Of a stretch of 59,393 nucleotides of DNA, positions 41,528-53,490 are shown one piece after another. The DNA comes from a plasmid. Each line of letters starts with the position of its first letter. The stretch's first letter is position 1. The stretch is taken from sequence record NC_011409.1. One strand, given 5' to 3'. Under the pieces are notes generated by a model, which did not search any database, was not told the origin of the DNA, and saw only the letters and a program-made list of their open reading frames with translations. A program made the translations under genes and the position numbers.

Positions 41528-41935
41528 ATGACTTTTCATCGTATTTTTGACATTGGGCCTCGCATCCAATCACTTGCTTTTACCTCTGATGAGGTAAAAG
41601 CCTACGTGCTGCATTTCATTGCTAAAATTAAGACAAAAATTGGTTCAAACTGCCAATTAAGCGCATTTCCTCAGCGTGTATTTACTCAATCAAGTTGGAA
41701 AGTACACGCTAAAGGAGATAAAGGTGAAGTGCATTTATTATTTAATATCTCCGGGCGTTTCCAATTACCTGTGTTTTCTTCCGAAAACTGGCCAGCTAGA
41801 CTTAATGTGGAATTAACCGATCACGTTGATGCATATTGGTTAATTCAATATTTGCTTTGGAAATTAGCTGCAATTTGGGGATCCCCTGCTGACTTATCCC
41901 CAGTTTTTGGGGATAAGACTGTGGGTAATGAATAA
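41528..41935 (+). CDS. Hypothetical protein
   Basis: The track start 41483 overlaps the traC 3' end. ATG at 41528 (MTFHRIFD..) is the more plausible start. Confidence 0.5.
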   Translation: MTFHRIFDIGPRIQSLAFTSDEVKAYVLHFIAKIKTKIGSNCQLSAFPQRVFTQSSWKVHAKGDKGEVHLLFNISGRFQLPVFSSENWPARLNVELTDHVDAYWLIQYLLWKLAAIWGSPADLSPVFGDKTVGNE

Positions 41936-41944
41936 GGAGTCCTG

Positions 41945-42268
41945 ATGTCTCAAGGTAAAAAGCCACAATCAAGAGGATGGCTTAAAAATGTACTCCGTTT
42001 TATTGCTATCCTTTTATTTTTATTTTTAGCCCTTACTGCAATTGGCATCTTTGCAACTCAATATCTTCAGAATGTTGATATTCGTGCTTGGTTTATTAAA
42101 ACGCAGTGGATATGGTTTGCAGTACGATTATTACTATATGGTGCGATTATGTTGATGGTCTATTCCATTTCTCGTCGCCAACCATCTTCTATGCCGGCAA
42201 AAGCAAAATGGTTAATTGCGATGATTTTAATTTTTGCTGAAGCGATTACACAGATTACTTTAGCTTAG
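41945..42268 (+). CDS. Small membrane protein
   Basis: Three hydrophobic segments. Confidence 0.55.
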   Translation: MSQGKKPQSRGWLKNVLRFIAILLFLFLALTAIGIFATQYLQNVDIRAWFIKTQWIWFAVRLLLYGAIMLMVYSISRRQPSSMPAKAKWLIAMILIFAEAITQITLA

Positions 42269-42276
42269 GGGGAAAT

Positions 42277-43770
42277 ATGACATTCTCAGTTGACAGTTAT
42301 CTTGAATATTTCCTGACTCTACTTGGTTGGTTGCTTAATAACGGAGTTTTTGCGTTATTTGTTGGAACAGGGTTATGGCTTCTTCCGCTTATCGGAATGA
42401 TCTTTAAAATTTGGCGTGACGTAGCTAAACAAGGGGATGATGAAGGTGAGAAAGGGGATTTATTAATCCGCTGGCTCACAATCGAACTCCTTCCAGCAAT
42501 GCTTATCGTTGTTTTGACATTAGCCCCTCTTATCCCGGTATCATTGAATAACCTTGAATACAATGAACGTTCATCTATTCAATGTGGCTATAAAGTTCCT
42601 GCTTCCCCGGATAAATCAGGCTATGCGCCATTTACGACAACATTTGGAGACAGACAAGCCCGAATTCCTATTTGGTGGATGTTGATGCACAAAGTGGATA
42701 AAGGTCTAACTTATGGTATGACTGCAGTATTGCCTTGCCAGCGTGATTTACGTCAGGTTAGATTTGAAGTGCAACATCAAAAAATCACTAACCCAGCATT
42801 ATTAACTGAAGTGCAGCAATTTGTGCAACAATGCTATATCCCGGCTCGTCAAAAATTACAAACAAGCCAACTTGCCTTGAGTCCGGCACAAATCCGCGAA
42901 ACATCCTGGTTAGGTGGTAAATTGCTTATTAATAACAGCGAGCTCTACCCTCGTTTTAGGGCTCAGCAACCTATTAGCACGTTCCCTTATGATGCAAATC
43001 GAGATGCGGCATTACCTAATTCGGGAAAAGGTGGTTTCCCAAGTTGTGATCAATGGTGGGATGAAAGTGGAGCTGGATTAAAATCTCGCTTACTTACAGA
43101 TATGCGTCAAAACTTATCTGCCCAGGTGAGTGATTTCTTTAACTCTATCGACAACCAAGATGAAGCTTTATTGAGAACACTTTTACGCTCTGAAAACATA
43201 GATGTTTCAAAAGGGAAAATGTATCAAGGTTACGGTGGTAGCGTGGATGCTGGATTTTGGAATGCGGTTACTCGACTCACCTCAACTGTAGGAACGGCTG
43301 TTGGAAGTTTGGCTATATTCCCAGGCCTAGATGCAATGCGACAAGCCCTACCAATGGTTCAAGCCTTTATGATTATGGCTGTAATTATTTTAATTCCAAT
43401 TATTACGATTTTAAGTGGCTTTGCTATTAAAACTGTAATGACATTAAGCTTCGTATATTTTGCACTCATTACAACCACATTTTGGTGGGAGTTAGCAAGA
43501 TGGCTTGATTCATACCTAATAGAAATTATGTATAGTTCTCCATCTCATAATATGCTAAACATCCACTTTTTAGAAAATGCAGAAGATGACATTATTTCTA
43601 ACTTTGTGATGGGGAGTTTATTTATAATTTTACCTGGTTTATGGTTTGGAGCAATGACCTGGGCTGGAATTCGAGTGGGTGGCGAGCTTAGCGCTGCCAT
43701 TGCGAAAGGAACTGAATCATCCCAAAAATCAGGGGGGCAATTTGGAGATAAAATTAGTAAAAAAATATAA
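42277..43770 (+). CDS. Polytopic membrane T4SS protein
   Basis: 497 aa. N- and C-terminal TM clusters with a large periplasmic middle domain. Confidence 0.55.
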   Translation: MTFSVDSYLEYFLTLLGWLLNNGVFALFVGTGLWLLPLIGMIFKIWRDVAKQGDDEGEKGDLLIRWLTIELLPAMLIVVLTLAPLIPVSLNNLEYNERSSIQCGYKVPASPDKSGYAPFTTTFGDRQARIPIWWMLMHKVDKGLTYGMTAVLPCQRDLRQVRFEVQHQKITNPALLTEVQQFVQQCYIPARQKLQTSQLALSPAQIRETSWLGGKLLINNSELYPRFRAQQPISTFPYDANRDAALPNSGKGGFPSCDQWWDESGAGLKSRLLTDMRQNLSAQVSDFFNSIDNQDEALLRTLLRSENIDVSKGKMYQGYGGSVDAGFWNAVTRLTSTVGTAVGSLAIFPGLDAMRQALPMVQAFMIMAVIILIPIITILSGFAIKTVMTLSFVYFALITTTFWWELARWLDSYLIEIMYSSPSHNMLNIHFLENAEDDIISNFVMGSLFIILPGLWFGAMTWAGIRVGGELSAAIAKGTESSQKSGGQFGDKISKKI

Positions 43771-43773
43771 CGT

Positions 43774-43812
43774 ATAAAAAAAGTCCATCTGTTAGACAGA
43801 TGGACTTTTTTA
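43774..43812. terminator. Bidirectional terminator between convergent genes
   Basis: aaaaaaagtccatctg-ttaga-cagatggactttttttt. Confidence 0.75.
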
Positions 43813-43825
43813 TTTACGAAAATAA

Positions 43826-44155
43826 TTAATCGTCATCATCTCCGTAAACTTTTACTCCGTTAATATAATAGCCAAACCCCTGAAAACCATAATCCCACTT
43901 TCCTTCTTCTGATGAATCATCATTTGCAAGTAATTCTGACAACAAAGATGTATCACTTACTGGCTCTTCATCTAAATATTCAATGTTTTTAGAAGGCTTG
44001 GTTTTGGAAATTATAACTCCGGCCAAAATTGGACTCGCAGCAAGAGCAGCAGCTGTCACAACAGCTTTACGAGGCTTTCCTGGGAGAAATGACAAAGTGC
44101 GGTCAATTTTCTTAAAAAATTGTCCGACAGTATGGCCAAACTTTTGAGCGTCCAT
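43826..44155 (-). CDS. Hypothetical protein
   Basis: 109 aa. C-terminal DDDD tail. Confidence 0.45.
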   Translation of the reverse strand: MDAQKFGHTVGQFFKKIDRTLSFLPGKPRKAVVTAAALAASPILAGVIISKTKPSKNIEYLDEEPVSDTSLLSELLANDDSSEEGKWDYGFQGFGYYINGVKVYGDDDD

Positions 44156-44350
44156 ATTCTCTCTCCTATTAAAATACTCTGACTTACTCTCATTGTACTC
44201 TTATTATTCTTTTATTAAAACCTCGTTTTAAGCAGGAAAAATGTGATTTTTGCGATCCACGTCGCAAATTTTACTCATTTTACTGATTTATCTATCCCCT
44301 CAATGTACCTTAACACTGCAATATAAAAATAAACCGTACCAGGAGGAGAT

Positions 44351-44530
44351 ATGAAAGCTCGTTTTAAAGAATGGCTTATTAGTTTAAATGAAATAGCAAT
44401 GAATGAATTAGGAATTGATGAAATGCTTACTCATCTTGATGATGAACTGAACATCATTAACGGAAATGAATGTGAACAGGAGATTTTAAATAATTTAATA
44501 CAAATCTTTAAAAATAGTGAATACCACTAA
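44351..44530 (+). CDS. Small ORF (59 aa) not in the supplied track
   Basis: Strong RBS aggagga 4 nt upstream of ATG 44351. Encodes MKARFKEWLISLNEIAMNELGIDEMLTHLDDELNIINGNECEQEILNNLIQIFKNSEYH. Followed by a hairpin terminator at 44531-44560. Confidence 0.45.
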   Translation: MKARFKEWLISLNEIAMNELGIDEMLTHLDDELNIINGNECEQEILNNLIQIFKNSEYH

Positions 44531-44560
44531 AAAAATAAGCGGGAAAATCCCGCTTATTTT
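44531..44560. terminator. Bidirectional terminator
   Basis: aaaaaataagcggga-aaa-tcccgcttatttt. Confidence 0.7.
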
Positions 44561-44574
44561 ATCTCTATTTACGC

Positions 44575-44982
44575 TTATGAAGCTTTCATACTGCGACGTT
44601 CAAAGTTTTGAGTTGCACTACCCGCTTTACAGCTCACCGTATCCATTTTACTGCCATTGGTGATATAAAGCATTGGCTCTTCAATACTGTTACTATTGTG
44701 TGGTTGCACAAATTGAATCGTGTAACTTGTGCCATTATTTCTCATTTCTAATGAGCTAGTAATAAATCCTGAACCAGTAGCTACATAAGAATCCTGATTA
44801 GCAAAAACTTGTTTTACCGGATTTTTAAAAGAAACCTGGCCATAAGTGAATTCATAATCTGAACCATTTTTTGTTACAGACACCGGGCTTCCGTTCTCTG
44901 CTGTACAAGAAAAAATATTATTAGCTGCAAAAGCTGGCGTTGCAAACATAGCTACCGCTCCAATAGTGAGTAATTTTTTCAT
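44575..44982 (-). CDS. Exported protein
   Basis: Signal peptide MKKLLTIGAVAMFATPAFA. Confidence 0.55.
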   Translation of the reverse strand: MKKLLTIGAVAMFATPAFAANNIFSCTAENGSPVSVTKNGSDYEFTYGQVSFKNPVKQVFANQDSYVATGSGFITSSLEMRNNGTSYTIQFVQPHNSNSIEEPMLYITNGSKMDTVSCKAGSATQNFERRSMKAS

Positions 44983-44997
44983 AAAAATATCCTTTAT

Positions 44998-47004
44998 TTA
45001 TTTTCCTAAAATGTAATCTGCTTCTTGGTTACGACGTTTAGCATTTACACCATTATTATTGTTTTGACGATTTCTTACTGCATTTGCTAGTGCGTTCATA
45101 TCGCCTGATTGCGCAGATGCCTGGGCTGCAGCAATCACATCTTTTGTTAATGAGCCATAGTTATAGGCATAAGATGTTAATGCGGCTTGGGCATTTGGCG
45201 GTAACTTATCCCATGTTGAAGATGATACGTTATTTCTCGCTCTATTTGCAAATTCTTGTGTTCGACGTGCTAAATCACGCTCTGCGTCAGCGCGACTAAC
45301 TACAGTATCTTTCGTTACTTTGACAATTGTACCATCCGCTTTTGTGATAGTATCTGAACCATATCCAGTGCGATAAGCATTGACATCCCAATATGCTTTA
45401 TCACTAAACCCTTCAAATTTTTTCAACAACCCTGTAGCTTGATCAAGTGCAGTCCCTTTAATTGCTGGAACTGATGAATAAGAAGTGTTACCTCTACTAT
45501 TTCCGGATGTACCGCCAGTCCCGGTGTAAGACAGGGAGTTTGACATCTGAGGCACTTCTAAAGTGACATTGTTACGAGGAATATTGATATTGTCAGCATC
45601 TGCCAATTCAGCAGCATTGCTATTCGTACCATTAGCTAAATCGCTAATCCGTTTATCTACACTGTCACGTGTAACATTTCCGGTTCCAGTGTTATATTCA
45701 CGTAGCTCTTTATTTTGTAGGATTGCAACTGCGGAATTCCCAGTAAGTGATTTTTGTAGATCAATCTCCATTCTAATTTGACCTATTTCTCGGTCAATTA
45801 AAGTGAGGATCTTTTCTAACTCTTCTTGAGCATCTTTATTGTTGGCCACATTTGGCTCACGCATACCCGTTAAAACAGCTCGACGTGCAAGAAGCATTTT
45901 CTCCATTGTTTTAGCTACAGCAATTTCACTGGCTAAACGCTGCCCTAACACTTGAGCATCGGGATCTTCTCGTAAAGACTCAATTAAGCCACGAGTTACA
46001 GGAACTGTTGTAGAACTTAATTCTGCAAGTACTTCAACGGAAGGAGTGCTCATGTTAAGCGCTTTTTGTAATTGAGTTACCGTCTTAATATTTTCTTTTT
46101 CAATTTCAGGTGTTAAACCAACACCAGCTCGAGAGCTACTAGCAGTACCACAATCTGTTTTACAAGTAGTTAATTGCTTCTCACCGATCACATTCGTTAA
46201 CCAATCTGTCATATCTTTAGGATTATCCCAAGTTTGACAAAGTAATCCGCTACAACTACTACCGGAGATTCGACCTGATTCTAATACATTACGCTTGTTT
46301 TGCATGTTGTAGCCAGCTTTTGCAACATCCTCAACAATTTTGATTGGTTCTTGTCCTTGGCCACCGCGTTTTTTACCCCCGACCCACTCTTTACCTTCCT
46401 TACCTTGAGATTCCTCAAGTCTCTTTTTAGCTCGAGTAGCATCTGGTTCAGTTGAAGTAATGTCTTTAAAGGATTCCATATCCGAACTTTGAGACCAACG
46501 ACCATTTAAAGTTGCGTCTGCAAGCTTCTTAGACATTTCTTCACAGCTGGTTTTTAAGCTATTAAAATCAATTTTACCTTGATATAAACCATTCGTAAGA
46601 ATATCGTATAACTGAGGATTTGCTCGTTGAATAACCATTGCAGGTAAACTCGCCACAGCTCCTGTGGCTGATTCGATAACGTTACTATAAAGATCTTTAA
46701 ATCCTTCAGTTAAACCATTTAACTGATTTTTAATACTCGTCTTAATGTCAAAATTACCGCACATCAAGTTAGCTTTCCAACCAATCCCAAATTCAGCTGC
46801 AGGAATCGTACCTCGACTCGGGGGAGCCATATAACCTACACCGCCCCCAATTTGATAAAACACCATATCAGACAAAATAGAATCGGCTTTATTAAATCCA
46901 AACGGATTACTATTAGAAGCTGATACTGGCATGGTTGAGGATAAGATTGCGCACGATATAGCAATATAAGATGCTTTCAGTGCATGATTTAATTTCATAC
47001 TCAA
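44998..47004 (-). CDS. Large exported T4SS protein with C-terminal T4-lysozyme-type (GH24-like) domain
   Basis: Signal peptide. C-terminal ..FEGFSDKAYWDVNAYRTGYGSDT.. has E-9aa-D-6aa-T spacing, identical to the T4 lysozyme catalytic triad. Confidence 0.6.
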   Translation of the reverse strand: MSMKLNHALKASYIAISCAILSSTMPVSASNSNPFGFNKADSILSDMVFYQIGGGVGYMAPPSRGTIPAAEFGIGWKANLMCGNFDIKTSIKNQLNGLTEGFKDLYSNVIESATGAVASLPAMVIQRANPQLYDILTNGLYQGKIDFNSLKTSCEEMSKKLADATLNGRWSQSSDMESFKDITSTEPDATRAKKRLEESQGKEGKEWVGGKKRGGQGQEPIKIVEDVAKAGYNMQNKRNVLESGRISGSSCSGLLCQTWDNPKDMTDWLTNVIGEKQLTTCKTDCGTASSSRAGVGLTPEIEKENIKTVTQLQKALNMSTPSVEVLAELSSTTVPVTRGLIESLREDPDAQVLGQRLASEIAVAKTMEKMLLARRAVLTGMREPNVANNKDAQEELEKILTLIDREIGQIRMEIDLQKSLTGNSAVAILQNKELREYNTGTGNVTRDSVDKRISDLANGTNSNAAELADADNINIPRNNVTLEVPQMSNSLSYTGTGGTSGNSRGNTSYSSVPAIKGTALDQATGLLKKFEGFSDKAYWDVNAYRTGYGSDTITKADGTIVKVTKDTVVSRADAERDLARRTQEFANRARNNVSSSTWDKLPPNAQAALTSYAYNYGSLTKDVIAAAQASAQSGDMNALANAVRNRQNNNNGVNAKRRNQEADYILGK

Positions 47005-47012
47005 TTCCTTTA

Positions 47013-47954
47013 TTAATTAGACCAATCAATACTATACAAAAATGTTTGTCCGCGTTTTTTACAGCACTTGTAAGGACGCCATAATGCCCAGGCATAACTA
47101 CCATTTTCAGATAGCATGCTTGGCGGGTTATCAGGGAAAATAGCACAAGACTGTGAAGTAACCGGGTGAAGCTGTTGCCATTTATGTGTCTTAGCATCCC
47201 CTTCCTTCACCGGTGGAGGAAACCACTCACCATTTGATTGATTATCTTTTTTCGCAATCGGTATATATACATGTGGTTGAAAGGTATTTGTCACAACATC
47301 TGCTACTCGATGCGCTGTTACAGCTGAGGCTTTATAATCATGCACCTGCGTTACCGTACCCGCTCTTGGATAAATATTCCCCCAAGTATCGCCATTCGCT
47401 CTAATTTCTCTCATACCTGGAATAAGCGCTTCAGGATAAACCATTTCCGGAACACCAAATCGCCACGCTAAAAAGTCCAAACCACTCAAGTAATAAGGCA
47501 CAAAAGGCGTTGTCTGACTTTTGCAGTAATACCCTGTACTATTAAGCATTTGACTAATCGCCCCCTGCGGATGACCGATTACATCAACATTTTTAAATGT
47601 TGCTTGCGTGTAGTCTTTGTGTGGTGATTGATAATCTCCACCTTTTACCCCATTGCTAAGGAAATTCATTTCCACCCAAGGATTTTGAGCCTGATGGTTA
47701 TAACTTGAAACCACTACCTCGGGAATATAGTGTTTTATTTTCGTAGATGTCCGGATTTTACAGCCGAATTTTGTACAAAATAACCAAAAACAAGTGCCAA
47801 CAACCTTATAATCTAAACAACTTGTGGAAGCGCTTGATGCCATAATCGACGCAGTGTTTAAAGAAGATTGACCGGACTCCGAAGCTTGCCCTGAAATACT
47901 GGTCAACGCAATTGCAATACAAAGCCCGGATAATGTCATTTTTTTCAATTTCAT
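47013..47954 (-). CDS. Exported protein, TraU-like (tentative)
   Basis: Signal peptide MKLKKMTLSGLCIAIALTSISGQA. Cys-rich region ..CLDYKVVGTCFWLFC... F-like TraU is periplasmic, of similar size and Cys-rich. The track start 47987 overlaps the upstream gene. Confidence 0.45.
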   Translation of the reverse strand: MKLKKMTLSGLCIAIALTSISGQASESGQSSLNTASIMASSASTSCLDYKVVGTCFWLFCTKFGCKIRTSTKIKHYIPEVVVSSYNHQAQNPWVEMNFLSNGVKGGDYQSPHKDYTQATFKNVDVIGHPQGAISQMLNSTGYYCKSQTTPFVPYYLSGLDFLAWRFGVPEMVYPEALIPGMREIRANGDTWGNIYPRAGTVTQVHDYKASAVTAHRVADVVTNTFQPHVYIPIAKKDNQSNGEWFPPPVKEGDAKTHKWQQLHPVTSQSCAIFPDNPPSMLSENGSYAWALWRPYKCCKKRGQTFLYSIDWSN

Positions 47955-48394
47955 CTTGTCCCCTCTTTTGTAATCTCTCGTTGCCATAAACTTAATGCCT
48001 GAGCAATATTGGTTTCACCATATATGACACTATCCTCTTTTCCCGGATATTGAAATAAAACTGCAGGCACCTTCTTGATTCCATTTTGCCAACCACTTAT
48101 AAGGCCCTGATAAGAACGCTTTAATTGCTCTTCAGACTGTTTCCATTCAGCAGACTGAAAAATCTGAGATGCTTGCTGAGCTGCTACACTAGGATTCGCA
48201 CTCAATCGCTGACTAATCAAATTTTCCCATTGCTCAACTTGATCAAGTAAATACACCTGGCTTGCAAGCTCTGCATGAAGAATTGGATAATCTTGTGTTG
48301 AATAAACAGTAATTATGGGATTAGGCCCCTGGGCGAACACTGATAGTGGTAACAAACCGAAAAGAAACAGTGATTTTTTTATAGACATAACCAT
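47951..48394 (-). CDS. Exported protein, first gene of the minus-strand operon
   Basis: Signal peptide MVMSIKKSLFLFGLLPLSVFA. Confidence 0.55.
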   Translation of the reverse strand: MVMSIKKSLFLFGLLPLSVFAQGPNPIITVYSTQDYPILHAELASQVYLLDQVEQWENLISQRLSANPSVAAQQASQIFQSAEWKQSEEQLKRSYQGLISGWQNGIKKVPAVLFQYPGKEDSVIYGETNIAQALSLWQREITKEGTR

Positions 48395-48552
48395 CCCTTA
48401 CGATGAAATTGGATAGTTGAAACATTAACGAAATGACAGGGGGGAATATATAAAAAATTCTTTTTGATTTTGAGATAAATTCTCCATTTCCAAAAAACAA
48501 TTTTTGATAGAGATTCGACAGCCTTATTAAGTATGATTGGACTTGATAAGTC

Positions 48553-48689
48553 GCTGTGCAAACAGCTCTTATAAGTTGCACGATTCTTGAGAAGCAACGC
48601 CTTGCCTTAGTGCAAGTAGAATCATAGCCAAAATGTTATCCAGCATTCTGAAAGGATACTCTACGCAATCGTAGGAATGCCACCTTAAA
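48553..48689 (+). ncRNA. Copy C of the conserved structured element
   Basis: gctgtgcaaacagc hairpin. The identical long hairpin gattcttgagaagcaacgccttgccttagtgcaagtagaatc. Then atagccaaaat..tccagcattctgaaagga, hairpin ctacg-caat-cgtag, and closing gaatgccacctta. Confidence 0.45.
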
Positions 48690-48759
48690 GACCTTCCGAG
48701 GGAAAATGATTCCCTTCGGGCATGTCATTTTTCCAAGGAATTTTTTATTTCACATTAGG

Positions 48760-49125
48760 AGAATGACTATGTCCTCATCCACTCAATTGGAACACTATGA
48801 TGTTCCATCAAGTAACCCTCTTGAAACTCCAACATTTTCATTTCGTGTGGGAAAACACTTGGGCCGTTTTTTCGTTGCAGCTAAAAACAAAGCAACCGAT
48901 AAATACAAACAAGTGACATCTGGTATCAATCAAAGCATTGAAGACGAAGAAGCTCGTCGGCTTTGCGAATTACAAATGATGCTAGATAGCCAAGCGGAAG
49001 AATATGAGGCAATTATTGATGATGTGCAAAGAACGTGGTTAAAACGAACAACGTTATTTAGCATTTTATTTTTGATTGTCGGTATTGTTGGTACAGTGGG
49101 TACTCTTTACTACCTTATGCATTAA
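48760..49125 (+). CDS. Hypothetical protein with C-terminal TM anchor
   Basis: RBS aggagaa, then ATG 48760 (MTMSSSTQ..). C-terminal hydrophobic tail LFSILFLIVGIVGTVGTLYYLMH. The track start 48706 lies upstream of the RBS. Confidence 0.55.
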   Translation, partial: RMTMSSSTQLEHYDVPSSNPLETPTFSFRVGKHLGRFFVAAKNKATDKYKQVTSGINQSIEDEEARRLCELQMMLDSQAEEYEAIIDDVQRTWLKRTTLFSILFLIVGIVGTVGTLYYLMH

Positions 49126-49209
49126 CATTGCATAAGCTATTCATTTTCAACCCTAAGGGGAATTTTTACCCTTAGAGGTAAAGGTTTCCCTTGCTGTAGG
49201 AGAAAACTT

Positions 49210-49443
49210 ATGAAAGTGACATTACATAACAGTTGTTTAGCTTATTTAGCCAAACATAATGACTCAGAATCTCTAATAGAGGAAGTTCGCACTCAAGCAT
49301 TAAATGCCTGGGAAAATCGAGGAAAAGATGTATCTTCTACTCGTATTATGGTGAATATCCCTAGTCAATACGGACAGAAATATCACTTCTTTACAGTTTC
49401 GCCATACGCAAACCGTAAAGATTTGTTAAGTGTAAGGGGGTAA
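49210..49443 (+). CDS. Hypothetical small protein
   Basis: RBS gtaggagaaaacttATG. 77 aa. Confidence 0.5.
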   Translation: MKVTLHNSCLAYLAKHNDSESLIEEVRTQALNAWENRGKDVSSTRIMVNIPSQYGQKYHFFTVSPYANRKDLLSVRG

Positions 49444-49445
49444 AC

Positions 49446-49694
49446 ATGATTAAGCGTTTACTCAAGCTTGTTAGTTCCAATTGGGACAAAAAAACAATGC
49501 TGCTGGTTTCTGAAGATTTTCGTAAAATCGGCACTTACATCTTAGGTATTGCGTTTGTCGCAATGTTTGTTCAGAATGACAATATTCCGCTACTTCTTGC
49601 CATTATCATTATGATATTTGGCGGAATAGCTTGGTTCTGTGGTGTGTTGTTAGCTAAATATTGCAACAACTTAATGGAGACAGACGGAGCGTAA
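49446..49694 (+). CDS. Small membrane protein
   Basis: Two TM segments. Start is 3 nt after the upstream stop. Confidence 0.5.
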   Translation: MIKRLLKLVSSNWDKKTMLLVSEDFRKIGTYILGIAFVAMFVQNDNIPLLLAIIIMIFGGIAWFCGVLLAKYCNNLMETDGA

Positions 49695-49697
49695 CGT

Positions 49698-49859
49698 ATG
49701 AATATTACGTTAAACTGGAATGGGTTCCTCTTTGCAATTGTCTTTGTACTGTTTTTTATGGGAACAGTTGCTTTTATTGGTGTGCGATCATTAAAACGTC
49801 AACAAGAGCAAAAAGCACAAAGCAAAAAAACACATTCCATTGGTGTTAATTCATAACTG
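49698..49859 (+). CDS. Small TM protein (52 aa) not in the supplied track
   Basis: ATG 4 nt after the previous stop. Encodes MNITLNWNGFLFAIVFVLFFMGTVAFIGVRSLKRQQEQKAQSKKTHSIGVNS. The overlapping track ORF 49661..49849 in another frame is rejected. Confidence 0.4.
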
Positions 49860-49984
49860 AATTAATACCTGCAACCTTTACAACAAACCTTGATCATGCC
49901 ATTGGCGTGTTCAAGGTTTTCTTTTACCCGACTGGGAGCAATTTCCCATTCGGGGGTTGTTCCCTTTTTTATTGGAGAACAACC

Positions 49985-50837
49985 ATGAAAAAAAGAACTC
50001 AACCTGCTAAAGATTTATACCAACAAATTACAGACCAAATTCTCGAAGCATTAGAACAAGGTGTGATGCCATGGCAGAAACCTTGGGACAGTGGATGGCC
50101 ACAAATGGCTATTCCATGCAACGGTGAAAGTGGTCGTCAATACTCCGGGATCAACGTACTTCTGCTTTGGATGAGCGCCATTAGAAAAAACTTTACTCAA
50201 CGCCAGTGGGTAACTTTTCAAGGGGCAAATCATCTAGGTGGTCAAGTTCGCACCGGTGAAAAAAGTACGGTTATTATTTTCTATAAACAAAATATGTTTG
50301 AAGAAAAAGACGATAGCGGAAACATTGTACTTGATGAAAACGGTGATCCGAAAATGAAGTCATCTGTATTTATTCGTGGTCATCACGTGTTTAATATTGA
50401 ACAGTGTGAAGGCTTAGAAAAATACTATGAAGAATATTCTGAACCGGAAAAATCTTCAGAAATGCAAACTCGTCCGGATTTAGATGTATTACCTAATAAA
50501 ATGGGTATGCAGCTGTATAACAAGACCCAAGATCGTGCTTGTTATATGCCGAGAAAAGATTGCATTGTGATGCCGGATTTCAAAAAATTCAATACAGCTG
50601 ACGACTACTATGCAACTCTACTGCATGAATGCGGTCACGCCACCGGGCATAAAGACCGGTTAAATCGTGACGGTGTAGCTAAATTTGATAAATTTGGTTC
50701 TGAACAATATGCATTTGAAGAATTAATAGCTGAACTCACAAGCGCCTTTACCTGTGCGCACGTGAATGTTTGCAATAATATTTCACAAAATGCAGCGTAT
50801 ATTGAACATTGGATTAACGCATTAAAAGCCGATAAAA
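49985..50837 (+). pseudogene. ardC: ArdC-like antirestriction protein, 3'-truncated by the Tn2/Tn3 IRR
   Basis: N-terminal ssDNA-binding region (..GVMPWQKPW..) plus zincin-like HEXXH (ATLLHECGHATGH). The reading frame runs into the 38-bp Tn3-family IR at 50838, so the last ~13 codons are transposon-encoded. Confidence 0.7.
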
Positions 50838-50984
50838 GGGGTCTGACGCTCAGTGGAACGAAAACTCACGTTAAGGGATTTTGGTCATGAGATTATCAAA
50901 AAGGATCTTCACCTAGATCCTTTTAAATTAAAAATGAAGTTTTAAATCAATCTAAAGTATATATGAGTAAACTTGGTCTGACAG

Positions 50985-51857
<873 letters not shown>

Positions 51858-52027
51858 TCAATATTATTGAAGCATTTACCAGGGTTATTGTCTCATGAGC
51901 GGATACATATTTGAATGTATTTAGAAAAATAAACAAATAGGGGTTCCGCGCACATTTCCCCGAAAAGTGCCACCTGACGTCTAAGAAACCATTATTATCA
52001 TGACATTAACCTATAAAAATAAGCGTA

Positions 52028-52690
<663 letters not shown>

Positions 52691-52883
52691 AAACTTTTTA
52701 GACTACCCATGCAGTATAGTCCCAAAACTTTAACAAAGCAAGTTTTTAGACAGTCCAAAAACATAAATCAAAGTTTCTGCACTAAATCATAGCATTTTAC
52801 CTCTCGTATTCACTGACAATCTGTTTTTATTTTTAAAAGACTTTCTAAATAAAACTACTTACTAGAAAATCGGATGTTTAGAA

Positions 52884-53201
52884 TTGGTTAAATTTTCAAA
52901 TACTGCCCCAAATATGAAACGCTATCTACTCTATATCACGTGTATTATTGCAACTCGAAGCCTTGAATCTATAGCTAATATAAGAGACCCACACGAAGGA
53001 GGGATTTGTCACGTCGAAGCAGAATACTTTTATCCAGGAGTATGGGAAAAATATGGCGAAAAGGAGTTGATTTGTAACTACTGGAAATTTTTAGGTGATG
53101 AAGACCAAAGAACATTAGAATCAGAATTAAACGAAGATACAACTGAATCAGAGAATGAATCTAGCGATTATGATAGCCTGGATGAAATGTATAGTGGATA
53201 A
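52884..53201 (+). CDS. Hypothetical protein with highly acidic C-terminus
   Basis: 105-aa ORF ending ..NEDTTESENESSDYDSLDEMYSG. AT-rich context. Confidence 0.4.
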   Translation: MVKFSNTAPNMKRYLLYITCIIATRSLESIANIRDPHEGGICHVEAEYFYPGVWEKYGEKELICNYWKFLGDEDQRTLESELNEDTTESENESSDYDSLDEMYSG

Positions 53202-53490
53202 ACCTATCCATTATGAACTAATTAGTTTAAAATAAAGACTGTTTATATATTAATAACAATTTGATTTTATTATATTTATATGAGAATCCAATAAAAACTA
53301 TATCTAGATATTGGGGTCGTATAAAGATAAATATACCGTATAAAAATTTATACGGGAGTTTTATCAATATGCAAATACAGAGATTTTTATCATTAATCAT
53401 GACCGTTTTATCAAACTTCAATTTAGATCATTTATCTACCTTTGTAACTGAATTAACCTATCTTTCAATTGGTATTGGATTTATGTTCTT

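Noticed and set aside
49661..49849. Track ORF 49661..49849 (62 aa)
   Set aside because: It overlaps, in another frame, the better-supported 52-aa TM ORF 49698..49859, which starts 4 nt after the preceding stop. Its peptide is Cys-rich and low-complexity.
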